DNA of 64,000 nucleotides from Candidatus Bathyarchaeia archaeon (lineage in GTDB: Archaea > Thermoproteota > Bathyarchaeia > Bathyarchaeales > Bathycorpusculaceae). Below, piece after piece: positions 20,012 through 29,910 of the stretch. Location: contig JAVZNC010000001.1 of assembly GCA_038882955.1 (NCBI GenBank), positions 64,001-128,000 of the forward strand. The letters run 5' to 3'. The first letter of the stretch is position 1. Each line of letters starts with the position of its first letter. The position numbers and the translations under genes are program-made. Under the pieces are notes generated by a model. That model ran no database searches. It had not been told where the DNA came from and was given only the letters and a program-made list of their open reading frames with translations.

Positions 20012-20555
20012 AAGACGCCTTACAGCGCAAGACATAGCGTTAATAGGCTTTTTCTGCGCGTTATGGGCGGTCCTTAACATAAACGTTGGTCCACTGGGCT
20101 TCCAATTGTGGGGACTTCCCATACTATGCGATTTCTCGGTTTTCTTCACACTTTTATTGACGACATGGGCTACTGGCAAGTTTGGAACAGCATCCATGGT
20201 CGGCGTAATAGGCACAATCATAGTGCTGATGATTAGACCTTCACCCCACATGATGGGCTTCGCACTCTCAGCAATACTGTTCGACACGCTCATGTTCGCA
20301 AGCAAACATAAAATCCATTCAAAACCAAAACCTATAGCCGCAACGATTTCTGCAACAATAATATCAGCCTACTTCGCTGGAGTAGTCATCGGCATCTTCT
20401 TTAGCAACAAAACTTTAGAGTGGACAACAATGGAGTGGGCGCTCACCTTTTGGGGAATACTCCACCTGTTAGGCGGAATACTAAGCTTGGCGATAACATT
20501 GCCAGTTATAGGCGCCTTAGAAAAAGCGAACGTAAGGAGAATCATAAGTGCCTAA
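19992..20555 (+). CDS. Membrane protein, ECF S-component-like
   Basis: 5-6 TM helices, DIALIG-type N-terminus. Confidence 0.6.
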   Translation: MKKVHDERRLTAQDIALIGFFCALWAVLNINVGPLGFQLWGLPILCDFSVFFTLLLTTWATGKFGTASMVGVIGTIIVLMIRPSPHMMGFALSAILFDTLMFASKHKIHSKPKPIAATISATIISAYFAGVVIGIFFSNKTLEWTTMEWALTFWGILHLLGGILSLAITLPVIGALEKANVRRIISA

Positions 20556-20973
20556 AAGAAGCGAAAAACTCGATTCCATCATAAAAAGGGCGCGGGAGCT
20601 TCATGGACATTTAGGTCCATTCCTCGTTATTGGCGTTAGAATAGGTGAATATGCGAAGAAGACGTTAAAAGGCGAAATGAAAGTGCTTGTTAGAGTTCCT
20701 ATGACAACGCCTCTTTCATGCATCATCGACGGAATCCAAGCATCAACTCAATGCACAGTTGGAAACAGAAAACTGTCAATAGAGGAATCTGAAAATGAAA
20801 TAGTAGTACATTTTAAGTCGCAGAAAACCGGAAAATCCATAAAAGTTTATGTGAAACCCCAACTGGTAGAAGAGCTCAAACAAAAACTCTCGCAGGGAAT
20901 AGCGAGCGAAGAGTTAGCGCAGAAAGTGGCAAGTGCCCTTGAAGGCGAAATATTTACCGTAGAAAAGCAATAA
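20548..20973 (+). CDS. FmdE/FwdE-family protein
   Basis: LHGHLGPFLVIG, CIIDGIQASTQCTVGN. Confidence 0.88.
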   Translation: MPKRSEKLDSIIKRARELHGHLGPFLVIGVRIGEYAKKTLKGEMKVLVRVPMTTPLSCIIDGIQASTQCTVGNRKLSIEESENEIVVHFKSQKTGKSIKVYVKPQLVEELKQKLSQGIASEELAQKVASALEGEIFTVEKQ

Positions 20974-21001
20974 ATAGTTTGGAATAACCCTTAAACCTAA
21001 A

Positions 21002-21451
21002 ATGAAAAACAATGATTTGGAGATAGCTAAAAGAAGGCTGAAGCAGAAGGGTTTAACGCTTTCTATAGTGAAGAACGGCGAAGTCGTCTTTGAAACAGCC
21101 TCTCGTGGAATTTCTGGTTTCCTAGAAGCCGTGGAAAAGTTTGGAGAAACGCTTAATGGAAGTTCTGTTGCGGACAAGGTCGTTGGGAAGGCAATAGCAC
21201 TATTATGCGTTGACGCAAAGGTTAAGGCTGTTTATGCAGTTGTATTAAGCGAAAAGGCTAGAGAGATTCTGTGGAAGTACACAGTTCAGCACGAGTGGGA
21301 AAGGCTTGTTGAAAAAATTTTGGCTCCAAACAAGGCTGAAATTTGTCCATTCGAAAAGCTTGCAGATGAACTGGAAAATCCAGCAGAAGCTTACGCAAGG
21401 TTTAAGGCTCTTCAAAACAAGTTAAAAGGAGCAGCAGATGAAAAGGCATGA
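21002..21451 (+). CDS. DUF1893 (TM1506-like) protein
   Basis: VADKVVGKA, ICPFE. Confidence 0.8.
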   Translation: MKNNDLEIAKRRLKQKGLTLSIVKNGEVVFETASRGISGFLEAVEKFGETLNGSSVADKVVGKAIALLCVDAKVKAVYAVVLSEKAREILWKYTVQHEWERLVEKILAPNKAEICPFEKLADELENPAEAYARFKALQNKLKGAADEKA

Positions 21452-21882
21452 GTGGAAAACGCGAACAATTTATATCAGACGAAGACAAAGAACTTGAACA
21501 CATACGCGCGAAGAAACTTCAAGAGTTGATGAAAGCTCAAAAGGAGAGAGTGCAAATGCCAACGGAACCAGCGCATTTGACAGATTCAAACTTTGACAGT
21601 GTAATTAGCAAGAATGCTTTAGCCCTAATAGATTTTTGGGCTCCATGGTGCGGTCCATGCCGAGCGCTTGCTCCAACAATTGATGAGTTATGCAAGGAGT
21701 ATGCTGGAAAAATTTTTATTGGAAAGCTAAACGTTGACGAAAACCCGCAGACGGCAGAGCGCTTCCAAGTTTTCAGCATTCCAACGCTGGTGCTCATGAA
21801 GAATGGGAAAGAGGTTGACAGGATAGTTGGGCTTGTCCCAAAAAACCGCATTGAAGCCATTTTAGACAAGCACTTGAGGTAA
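21448..21882 (+). CDS. trxA: Thioredoxin
   Basis: DFWAPWCGPC, SIPTL. Confidence 0.93.
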   Translation: MSGKREQFISDEDKELEHIRAKKLQELMKAQKERVQMPTEPAHLTDSNFDSVISKNALALIDFWAPWCGPCRALAPTIDELCKEYAGKIFIGKLNVDENPQTAERFQVFSIPTLVLMKNGKEVDRIVGLVPKNRIEAILDKHLR

Positions 21883-21888
21883 AGCCAC

Positions 21889-22023
21889 ATGGACATTCAA
21901 GAGAAGCGAATAATAGGCGCGCTGCTTTTACTGTTGGGATTTTCTTTTCTCGCAATAGGCATCTACACTGGGCAAGTGAATAGAGTAATCGACCTTTTAA
22001 AAAGCATGTTTAAGCCATTCTAG
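21889..22023 (+). CDS. Small single-pass membrane protein, 44 aa (not in ORF track)
   Basis: MDIQEKRIIGALLLLLGFSFLAIGIYTGQVNRVIDLLKSMFKPF begins 6 nt after the trxA stop. Confidence 0.55.
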   Translation: MDIQEKRIIGALLLLLGFSFLAIGIYTGQVNRVIDLLKSMFKPF

Positions 22024-22091
22024 AAAAAGGGTTTTAAACCAAACCAGTCAGACTTAAACGCATAATCCATTAACAAGCGTGTGATGCCATA

Positions 22092-22652
22092 ATGTGTCCA
22101 ACAGTTGAAAGCATTAAAGGCGAACGTGAAGGGCTTCTTGAGGCAGCTAGGCTAATGCTGGTAGCCGCAAGAACAGCCCCAAAAACAGCGGGATTAGACG
22201 ACATATTAACATGCATAGTTTATGACGAAGAAAAGGAAGCCATAGCTGAAATGATGGAGAGGATAGCTGAAGAAAGAAAAATTGAAGGCTTCAAAAGAGA
22301 CGCCAAAAACGTCAGAGACTCGGAAGCAGTCGTTTTGATTGGCATTAGAGGAAACAAAAGCGTGGGACTAAACTGCAGCGCATGTGGCAGCAAAAACTGC
22401 AAAGAATTCGAAGAAAAAGAGAAAAAGCTCGGACAAGACTTCTATGGACCAAACTGTATCTTTAAGGCACTAGACCTCGGAATAGCCCTAGGCTCAGCAG
22501 TCAAAATTGCAGGCATGTTAAACGTTGACAACCGCATAATGTACCGTGTGGGCACAGCCGCCATAAGATTAAAATTACTTCCAGAAGCAACAGTCATCAT
22601 GGGAATACCCATATCAGCAAAAGGCAAAAACATATACTTTGACAGGCGTTAA
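22092..22652 (+). CDS. DUF2148 ferredoxin-domain protein
   Basis: AARTAPK, CSACG..C, DLGIALGSA, DNRIMY, NIYFDR. Confidence 0.85.
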   Translation: MCPTVESIKGEREGLLEAARLMLVAARTAPKTAGLDDILTCIVYDEEKEAIAEMMERIAEERKIEGFKRDAKNVRDSEAVVLIGIRGNKSVGLNCSACGSKNCKEFEEKEKKLGQDFYGPNCIFKALDLGIALGSAVKIAGMLNVDNRIMYRVGTAAIRLKLLPEATVIMGIPISAKGKNIYFDRR

Positions 22653-22657
22653 ACGGG

Positions 22658-23230
22658 CTAGCTTTGTCCCCTCATTTTTTCATACATTTTCTCCAAAGTC
22701 CAACGAATACTAGATTTAAGCTCCCTCAAACGCTCCTCATCAGCATTCTTCACCAAAATTTCGCGGAAAACATCGCCATCCTTAACAATGTTGTATGAAA
22801 AAACCTTTTCTGGCGGCAATTGCCCAGTCCTTGCCAATTCTAAATCCTTCTCCTGCATCTTCATCAAAACCCTTTCAACAAGAAAGGAAGTAAACGGCGG
22901 CGTGTTAACATTGAAGTTTTTATCTTCAGCAGGCACAACACGCAAAAAATTGTCGCCCACATAAAGCGTGGCAAGCAACTCGCCAGACATAGCCTTCAAC
23001 TGCACTACACTTTCATATTCCACTGCTGGCGCGGGCGGTGCCGCTGCTGCCTCGGCTTCTGTTTTTACGGCGATTTCTGCACGCTTAAACCCTTTCTCCA
23101 ACAAAATTGATTTTACAAGCTCAAGCGTTGACTGTAACTCCTCAAGTTCAGACTTAAGCTGCTCAATACGCTTTTCAAGTTTCTCCTTAAACTCAACAAG
23201 CCTCTTTATCCTCTCAGTATCCTGCGACAT
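22658..23230 (-). CDS. Hypothetical protein with N-terminal coiled coil
   Basis: 190-aa ORF with heptad-rich N-terminus and Ala/Pro linker. Confidence 0.8.
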   Translation of the reverse strand: MSQDTERIKRLVEFKEKLEKRIEQLKSELEELQSTLELVKSILLEKGFKRAEIAVKTEAEAAAAPPAPAVEYESVVQLKAMSGELLATLYVGDNFLRVVPAEDKNFNVNTPPFTSFLVERVLMKMQEKDLELARTGQLPPEKVFSYNIVKDGDVFREILVKNADEERLRELKSSIRWTLEKMYEKMRGQS

Positions 23231-23298
23231 CTTGGCTTCACAGAATATATTTTAAATGTCCACCCTTATCAAACCTTTGAAACTACGCGATTATGCAT

Positions 23299-23787
23299 TT
23301 AACTTTCAACGGCAACATCATTTAGCAACATGCGACTACCCGAAAGCGTAATAACCCCAAACTTGACATTCAACTCCCTTTTAAGAAAATTTTCAAACTC
23401 TTGAAAGACGGGACTTTCTGTTTCATTTATTTTTGCGCAAAAGTTTTTCCCCTCCAACAACGGGCTTAAGTCATAAACCGCTATGCGCTCAGCAAATTCT
23501 GGATTTTCAAGAATGTCCCTTAAAAGCAACTTTGAAGGGGGCTCCAGAAAAAGCCAAGCCGTATAAGCAGCTTCAACAATCCTGTAAGACAAGCCTTCCT
23601 TGACTGCACATTTCCTGTTTGAAGCAATCTTCTTAAACGACGATGGGTGAATGTCCCTTGCATACAAGAAATTGTGGTATTCATCACCAATCCTAATCAA
23701 ATCCTCATTTTCAGAAGCCTTCCAACCGCGAAGCCTACATAAACCCTTAAACTTTTCCAGAATCTCCCAAACCTTAGGCATCTTCAT
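23299..23787 (-). CDS. Hypothetical protein
   Basis: 162-aa ORF with ATG start; no recognised motif. Confidence 0.75.
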   Translation of the reverse strand: MKMPKVWEILEKFKGLCRLRGWKASENEDLIRIGDEYHNFLYARDIHPSSFKKIASNRKCAVKEGLSYRIVEAAYTAWLFLEPPSKLLLRDILENPEFAERIAVYDLSPLLEGKNFCAKINETESPVFQEFENFLKRELNVKFGVITLSGSRMLLNDVAVES

Positions 23788-24062
23788 TTCAAATCACAAC
23801 CTTTATGTTAGAATCTTCTAGAACAATATTCTATTAATCAAACACAAATTTAAACTTATTTATCTATTTACTTTGAAAAAATGAAGGAAAAAAGTGTTAA
23901 AAATTGAAATTTTGTATATAATAATCTATGGAGGCTACAAATTTTCGGAAAATTGCAAAGGCGAAAAAATGAAGGAAAAAAAGCGCATTTTCTACATTTT
24001 TACGGCAACAAACCATAAATCCTCACCAAACATAATTCTGTCACAGAAAGGGGAAGACCCTT

Positions 24063-24584
24063 TTGAAACAAAAAAGCAACAACTCCTCATTCACACTGGA
24101 TACCACAGACTTAAAAATTTTGCAAGCCTTACAAGAAGATGCAAGGCACACCTACACGGAAATTGGCAAACTCCTAGGGGTAGCACACTCCACGGTCTAT
24201 GATAGAATTAAGAAAATGGAAAACTTCGGGATAATAAAGAGATATACGACCATAATAGACCCGGAGAAAATTGGAAACAAAAATGTTACAGCATTAATGA
24301 CCATCTATACAGACCCAAAGGAAAGCGAAAAAGTTGCTGAAAAACTCTGCCAGTCACCACAAGTCCTAGAAGTCTACTCCTCCCTTTCAGAAGAACTACA
24401 AATAATTGCAAAGGTAATCGCTGAAAACCAAGAAAACCTCCACGAATTTATTGCACGCTTGGTTGCGCCGCTGCCAGGAGTTTTAAGAATTCGCACTTTA
24501 ATAGTGACCAAAAAGTTTAAGGAAACCCCTTTTTCAATGGTCAATGACCCCACAAAGGTTAACACTTATAAAAAGAACACATAA
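24063..24584 (+). CDS. Lrp/AsnC-family transcriptional regulator
   Basis: LDTTDLKILQALQEDAR, HTH LGVAHSTVYDRIKKM, GIIKRY, C-terminal RAM domain. Confidence 0.93.
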   Translation: MKQKSNNSSFTLDTTDLKILQALQEDARHTYTEIGKLLGVAHSTVYDRIKKMENFGIIKRYTTIIDPEKIGNKNVTALMTIYTDPKESEKVAEKLCQSPQVLEVYSSLSEELQIIAKVIAENQENLHEFIARLVAPLPGVLRIRTLIVTKKFKETPFSMVNDPTKVNTYKKNT

Positions 24585-24603
24585 TAATAATGGAGAAAAA
24601 CAA

Positions 24604-24924
24604 ATGAAAACAGAAGCATCAAAAATCTTAAGAACGGTTCCGAGAGAGAAAGCCTTCTATTTCTTCACATCAATTGGAAACTACACGGGCGTAAGCGCAT
24701 GCTCCCTCAAAGAATTTTTAGAAAAAATAAACGAAGTCAACGTGAAATCGTTAGAGTTTCACCTTCACCGAGGAGATTTCGAAAAATGGATAAACGAAGT
24801 CCTAGAAGATAAGGAACTGGCAGAAGAAATAGGAAAAATACAAAAGATGAATCTTGCAGGTGAAAATCTTCGAAACCAGTTATATATGGTCATATCAAAA
24901 GAGTTTAAGCGGTTAACAATCTAA
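24604..24924 (+). CDS. DUF5752-family protein
   Basis: KAFYFF, ACSLKEF, SLEFH..RGDFEKWI; start at MKTEASK. Confidence 0.8.
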   Translation: MKTEASKILRTVPREKAFYFFTSIGNYTGVSACSLKEFLEKINEVNVKSLEFHLHRGDFEKWINEVLEDKELAEEIGKIQKMNLAGENLRNQLYMVISKEFKRLTI

Positions 24925-25855
24925 GGTTTACTACGCATTTTTTAGCGTTTTTTGGTCTATCAACGATTATAAATTGAATATTGTGATAATTAATCAGCGA
25001 AAAACTTGCAGAAGCACTTTGAACCTTCGCCTCTTCAATTAAAGCATGCAACGTCAAATTTTCCGCAGATGACGGAAAATAACTCATAAAGCTACCTCCC
25101 GTTTCCATATCCTTTCTTGCTTCAGAAACAGCTTTAGCCAATGTTTTATTTTCGAAGAGAAGCCGCCATATTAACTTCGCAGTTTCATTGTCTGTATGCG
25201 ACACTGTAACCATGCTGGACCATCCAACATAAGCTATTGCACCTTTTTCATGAAATTCTTGTGCCATTTGCATTAAACTCGAATTTAAGCTCCAACATCC
25301 CATGGCAAAAACTACGCTTTTAGGAAACACGCCCTCCAACTCTCTCACAAAATCAGGAGTAAACGCGAAATATTCCTTAACTTCAGAAAAGTTTAGTATA
25401 CCTTCAACTAAAAGACCCTGATCACAATCTCTGGAATATTCTCCGTAACGCTTTTGTTCGCTATAATGTTCAGAAGTGAAAAAGTCGACTATTGGCTGGT
25501 CTTCTCTTAAGGCTGAGTGAACCCGCAATATTATTATTCCGTAATTGCCTTTTGCGAGCCCCTTAAAGAATGTAACATTTGCTTGCGTATAATCGTAATA
25601 TTTAACATTAAAGCCATAGCTTTCCAAAGTTGAACTGACGTTTTCGATAAACGTCGGATTGGGAAAATCTTCGCCAAGTTGATCAATTATAGCAGCGTTT
25701 AAGGAAAATATTACTGACGATTGTTGCCACAGAAAAAGGAAAAATATGGAACCAACAGTTATGGATAATGCACAAAGCAAAGATAAAACTGCAAGCTGTC
25801 TCCTTGAAATAGACCATGAACTTTTTTGCGGAGTCTTCTTCCCCTTCTTAACCAT
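24905..25855 (-). CDS. Membrane-anchored extracellular protein, possible clan CD peptidase fold
   Basis: N-terminal TM; IIILRVHSA and VVFAMGCWS His/Cys motifs; GAIAYVGW. Confidence 0.6.
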   Translation of the reverse strand: MVKKGKKTPQKSSWSISRRQLAVLSLLCALSITVGSIFFLFLWQQSSVIFSLNAAIIDQLGEDFPNPTFIENVSSTLESYGFNVKYYDYTQANVTFFKGLAKGNYGIIILRVHSALREDQPIVDFFTSEHYSEQKRYGEYSRDCDQGLLVEGILNFSEVKEYFAFTPDFVRELEGVFPKSVVFAMGCWSLNSSLMQMAQEFHEKGAIAYVGWSSMVTVSHTDNETAKLIWRLLFENKTLAKAVSEARKDMETGGSFMSYFPSSAENLTLHALIEEAKVQSASASFSLINYHNIQFIIVDRPKNAKKCVVNLRLLTA

Positions 25856-25911
25856 GGAAGACTAACCTTTAACAACTGTAAATTCTTCTAAAATAGAATT
25901 GGAAAGGTGAA

Positions 25912-28890
25912 TTATTTTCTTTTGCGCTTTGTTAGGCTTAAAATTATTCCGAATAGGCATAAAACTAACGCGTATGCTGCCACTGGCGTTGTTTGAGGCG
26001 CGCCAATCAGCGAGACCGAGTAGCCGCCAACAGAAACTGTCCCAACCGTTATTTTTGCGACGCTTGACTGCGCTATGTTGCTCCCAGCGTCCACCACCTT
26101 CAGATACACATAGTATATGCCTGTTGTTGTGGGCTTAAAGGTCCAGCTTGTTCCATTGGCGCCTGAAACTGCTGCATCGTTCAAATACCACTGGTAGGTG
26201 TAGGGCGTTGCTCCACCCGTAACGCTTGATGTGAACGTTACTTGTTGACCGACAAATATCGATTCGGACATTGGATTTATAGATATTGAAAGCGGTGACA
26301 GAGCAGATTTAAAGAACGCTTTCAAAACATAATTGCTGTTCATTGTTACAGTGTATGTTGTTGATGTGCCAACGTTTGTGCCGTTAAGCTCCCAATGGTC
26401 AAAGACATAGCCACCACTTGGAATCGCAATTACCTGAACTTGTGAACCGGATGCATAAGTGTAAGTGCCCGGCGCTGGGTTTGTTGTGCCGCCCGCGGTT
26501 GTCTCAATTTTAAGCGTGTAAGTTATTACTTGGGCTGCGTAGTGGGCGGTGGCTGTGTGTGGAGCATTCATGACCACTGTTATTGGGTTTACACCGCTTC
26601 CTTGCGATGCACCGTCAACATCCCAGTATTGGAACGTGTAACCCGACACTGTTGGCGCGGTGAGCTGAACGCTTTGTGAAGCATCGTACCAGCCTTCTCC
26701 TGGAATTGTTACAATGCCAGGCGGATCAGTGCGCACAGTCAAATAATATTGAACTTTATAGGAGGCGCTCACTGTGAAGGGTTCATTCACGGTTTGTGGC
26801 GACGCTGGAGCGACGCTTGTTAAAATATAACGTATACCTGGAGCAGCTCCTAGTACAGTGTCCTGGTAGGCGTACGTAATTTGGGAGCCGGCTAATACCC
26901 AAACTGTGAAGGGCACGGTTTCTGTTGGATCCGTGTCTGCTGTGTAGGTGACTGTTGGCGCCACACCAGAGCCAATCTGAGCGAAGGTTACAGCATACTG
27001 GGTCTTCCAGTTTGCCATTGCAGTTTTTGGACTGTCCATAACTATTGGGTTGCTTTGGGCGTAGTTTGTTCCAGAAGCATCTCCGCCCCAGCTTGTGAAA
27101 ACTCTTCGCGTTCCATTTCCATGGTCAACAATTCCCGTGTTTAGTGTCGCGTAGGCTGTTGCTCCGCTTTGATACCAGCCTTCCCCGCCCACAGTGCCGA
27201 AGGGGGAGGAAACTGTTAAGTAATATTCAGTTACGTAGTGGGCGGTGGCTGTGTGGTTAGCATTCATCAAAACGGTTATTGGGTTGCTCGTCTTTGGTGC
27301 GCCATCGACATCCCAATAGCTAAACTTGTAGCGTGCGCCAGTCGCAATTGGCACTGTTTCTGGAGCTGTTAACGTGACTTCTGCTCCTTCATTATACCAG
27401 TTTTCTCCCGGAATGGTCGTAATGCCCTCGGGGTCTGTCTTAACTTTCAAGTAATACCTGATCGGAACGACTGTTATCGTCTTTGTTTCTGTATCCCATC
27501 TGCCTTCGCTGTCAGTAACATTTAACGTGACTAGGTAATCGCCTGCTGACGCATACACATGTGTTATTACTGGGTCAGACTCCTCAACTATTGGTGAACC
27601 ATCGCCAAAATCCCAAGCGTAGCTTATTATTACGCCTCCGTCGGGAGAGGATATCGAAGCGTCGAAAGTGACTGTTTCGCCTCTCTGTGGACAGTATGGG
27701 TCCCAAGTGAAGTCTGCTACTGGTGCGTTTTCAACGGTTATTTGTTTGGATTCCGTGTCCCATTTTCCTTCGCTATCCGTAACATTCAACGTAACCGTGT
27801 AAGTTCCCCAAGTTTCATAAGCATGCGTAATTATGGGTCCTGAAACAGTTGTGACATTGCCGTCGCCAAAGTTCCACGTGTAGCTTATTATTACGCCTCC
27901 GTCTGGACTGGAGGCTGACGCATCAAAAGTTACAATTTCATGCATTAACGGGTCCAAAGGTGAAAATGCAAATGCAGCAACTGGATGTTGGCTGACATGA
28001 ATTGTCGCTGTCTCGTCGTCTGTTAAACCATTGTTGTCTGTAACAGTTAACTTGACAACATAATCTCCAAAGGATGTATAAATGTGCGTTATTATCGGGT
28101 TTGATGTTGACGTGATGTTACCGTCGCCAAAATTCCAGGTATAACTTACAATATAGCCGTCTGGGTCATAACTACTAGAAGCATTAAAAGTCGCAATTTG
28201 GTTAACTTCGGGATATGTTGGCGCAAACGTGAAGCTGGCAATAGGTGGCTGTTGAGGGGGAGGACCAGCTTGGAACAGAACAGTAGAATCTTCCGAAAGC
28301 GAGTTATGGACTATCTGACCCTCCGAAGTCACGCTTCCAGAAGTTGATTTTCCATAAGCGTCGAAATGCATCTTCACGCCGCTGGCATCATAAAAACTGG
28401 CAAAAACAATCAAGTTCACATCACTCTTTTTCCCAATCGTACCAACATTGACAAGCGTGTCGTTAAACCATGCTGGATAAACGTCACCAGAAGGCCAAGT
28501 CCACTTGTTATAAGGCTTAGGCGTGCCCCACTTAAAGGCAGATTTAGGCACACTCGTACCATTCACAACAAGCGAAACAAGATTATTATAACCAGCATCA
28601 TTAAGTGCAATAACCAAACGCGTATCATAAGACCTCAACGACGCACTCGTGTTATTAATTCTAACAACAAAAGTCTGAACAACACCAGTAAGATTCAAAA
28701 CATAACTCTCGCTTAACCAAGGATCAACATCATACCCGTGATAAACGCCTTCAGGCAAAGAAACCTTAAGAACAGCACAAGGCGTAGCCCCAACAGGAAC
28801 AACGAGGCACGAAGACACTATTGAAAAAACAAAGATCAATAGCAATAGCAATAACTGCCTTTTCAACACGTGTTCCTCTCCCCTCGGCAC
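25912..28890 (-). CDS. Large surface protein: 3 PKD domains, beta-rich repeats, C-terminal TM anchor
   Basis: Signal peptide; three W(N/D)FGDG PKD motifs; repeated G(E)GWY...F.YWDVDG...HTATAHY; VGGYSV, TM and KRKRK tail. Confidence 0.88.
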   Translation of the reverse strand: MPRGEEHVLKRQLLLLLLIFVFSIVSSCLVVPVGATPCAVLKVSLPEGVYHGYDVDPWLSESYVLNLTGVVQTFVVRINNTSASLRSYDTRLVIALNDAGYNNLVSLVVNGTSVPKSAFKWGTPKPYNKWTWPSGDVYPAWFNDTLVNVGTIGKKSDVNLIVFASFYDASGVKMHFDAYGKSTSGSVTSEGQIVHNSLSEDSTVLFQAGPPPQQPPIASFTFAPTYPEVNQIATFNASSSYDPDGYIVSYTWNFGDGNITSTSNPIITHIYTSFGDYVVKLTVTDNNGLTDDETATIHVSQHPVAAFAFSPLDPLMHEIVTFDASASSPDGGVIISYTWNFGDGNVTTVSGPIITHAYETWGTYTVTLNVTDSEGKWDTESKQITVENAPVADFTWDPYCPQRGETVTFDASISSPDGGVIISYAWDFGDGSPIVEESDPVITHVYASAGDYLVTLNVTDSEGRWDTETKTITVVPIRYYLKVKTDPEGITTIPGENWYNEGAEVTLTAPETVPIATGARYKFSYWDVDGAPKTSNPITVLMNANHTATAHYVTEYYLTVSSPFGTVGGEGWYQSGATAYATLNTGIVDHGNGTRRVFTSWGGDASGTNYAQSNPIVMDSPKTAMANWKTQYAVTFAQIGSGVAPTVTYTADTDPTETVPFTVWVLAGSQITYAYQDTVLGAAPGIRYILTSVAPASPQTVNEPFTVSASYKVQYYLTVRTDPPGIVTIPGEGWYDASQSVQLTAPTVSGYTFQYWDVDGASQGSGVNPITVVMNAPHTATAHYAAQVITYTLKIETTAGGTTNPAPGTYTYASGSQVQVIAIPSGGYVFDHWELNGTNVGTSTTYTVTMNSNYVLKAFFKSALSPLSISINPMSESIFVGQQVTFTSSVTGGATPYTYQWYLNDAAVSGANGTSWTFKPTTTGIYYVYLKVVDAGSNIAQSSVAKITVGTVSVGGYSVSLIGAPQTTPVAAYALVLCLFGIILSLTKRKRK

Positions 28891-28925
28891 TAATATTTAA
28901 ATCACCAGTTAAAATTTAAATATTA

Positions 28926-28940
28926 TGGAACTATCTTCTA
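28926..28940 (-). promoter_or_regulatory. Shared operator copy 1 (TGGAA CTATC TTCTA)
   Basis: 15-bp imperfect palindrome 5 nt upstream of the TATA-like TTTAAAT of the 28890 gene. Confidence 0.65.
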
Positions 28941-29060
28941 ACTATTCATAACTTGCAAATAATAACGGACGCGCACCAAATCAACATCTAAAGTACTCTT
29001 TTTCCTATGGCGACATAAAATTACGCAATCAAACATTTAAAACTTTTATAATTAATTACT

Positions 29061-29786
29061 TTATAGTATATCTTCAAGTTCTTCATCAGCACTTTTTTTA
29101 TGCACTCTTTTAGGTCTCCTCTTCAGAACAATTATACTAAGAGGTACAAGTGGTGCAACAGTTTCAACAGCTAAAACAATGATTCTAAACTCAAATCCTG
29201 TCCAAATAGGAGGCGGATCTCTGTCTGTTACCAAACCATAAACTTCTTTATGTTCAACAGATATTGTTGGGTTTATTAGCGTTTCAACCCATGCACGTCC
29301 CGATGAAGGTCCGACTATCTCGATGGTCGTCGTCCCAGGGTTTACACAGACAAAGTTGATGGTGGCCAAAACACCAGAACCATTGGCAGAAAATCCTGCC
29401 TTAAAAATAAGTAAACCTAGGCCAGCTATCTTTCCTGCTAAATTGTCTACACTATTAACCACAAGCTTTGATGTATTGCTAACGTCTCTAAAGAAAGGCC
29501 CAAGGTAAATACTATAATTAACACCCCTAAGCAGATATCCGTTGGGATCATCAACTGCAACTTGCAATACATATGGGTCCCATGCCAGATCTAATACGAC
29601 GGCGGTAAGCAGTTCTGCATCATAAACGGAGACGTTGATTGTCACAATTTGACCCGATTGTAATTTTAGGCCATATAACCGTGTCAATTCAATTGTCGGT
29701 CCATGTGCGGGAAGAAAATAATAATATAGTACAGATGAAACTATCAACACTAAAATAATCAAGGCAAGAAGCGATTTCTTTCTCAA
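29061..29786 (-). CDS. Single cohesin-like domain with N- and C-terminal TM helices
   Basis: VTINVSV...LAWDPYVLQV...GSGVLATINF...GTTTIEI cohesin pattern. Confidence 0.7.
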   Translation of the reverse strand: MRKKSLLALIILVLIVSSVLYYYFLPAHGPTIELTRLYGLKLQSGQIVTINVSVYDAELLTAVVLDLAWDPYVLQVAVDDPNGYLLRGVNYSIYLGPFFRDVSNTSKLVVNSVDNLAGKIAGLGLLIFKAGFSANGSGVLATINFVCVNPGTTTIEIVGPSSGRAWVETLINPTISVEHKEVYGLVTDRDPPPIWTGFEFRIIVLAVETVAPLVPLSIIVLKRRPKRVHKKSADEELEDIL

Positions 29787-29910
29787 TATTCCACCATCCT
29801 CGCTGTTATTCTTTTTTGTTTTATATCCTTTGCTCTAACCTTTTTAAGTTTTTGGTGCAAAAACAGTCGGTTTGACAATAACATGACATTAAAAGAAAAA
29901 GTAGTGAGGA

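Noticed and set aside
23894-24202. 102-aa ORF overlapping the Lrp/AsnC start
   Set aside because: Runs through an A-rich promoter region and out of frame into a well-supported gene
26530-28150. Short exact DNA repeats of about 20 nt as a CRISPR array
   Set aside because: They are in-frame parts of PKD and other protein repeats with irregular spacing; no cas genes
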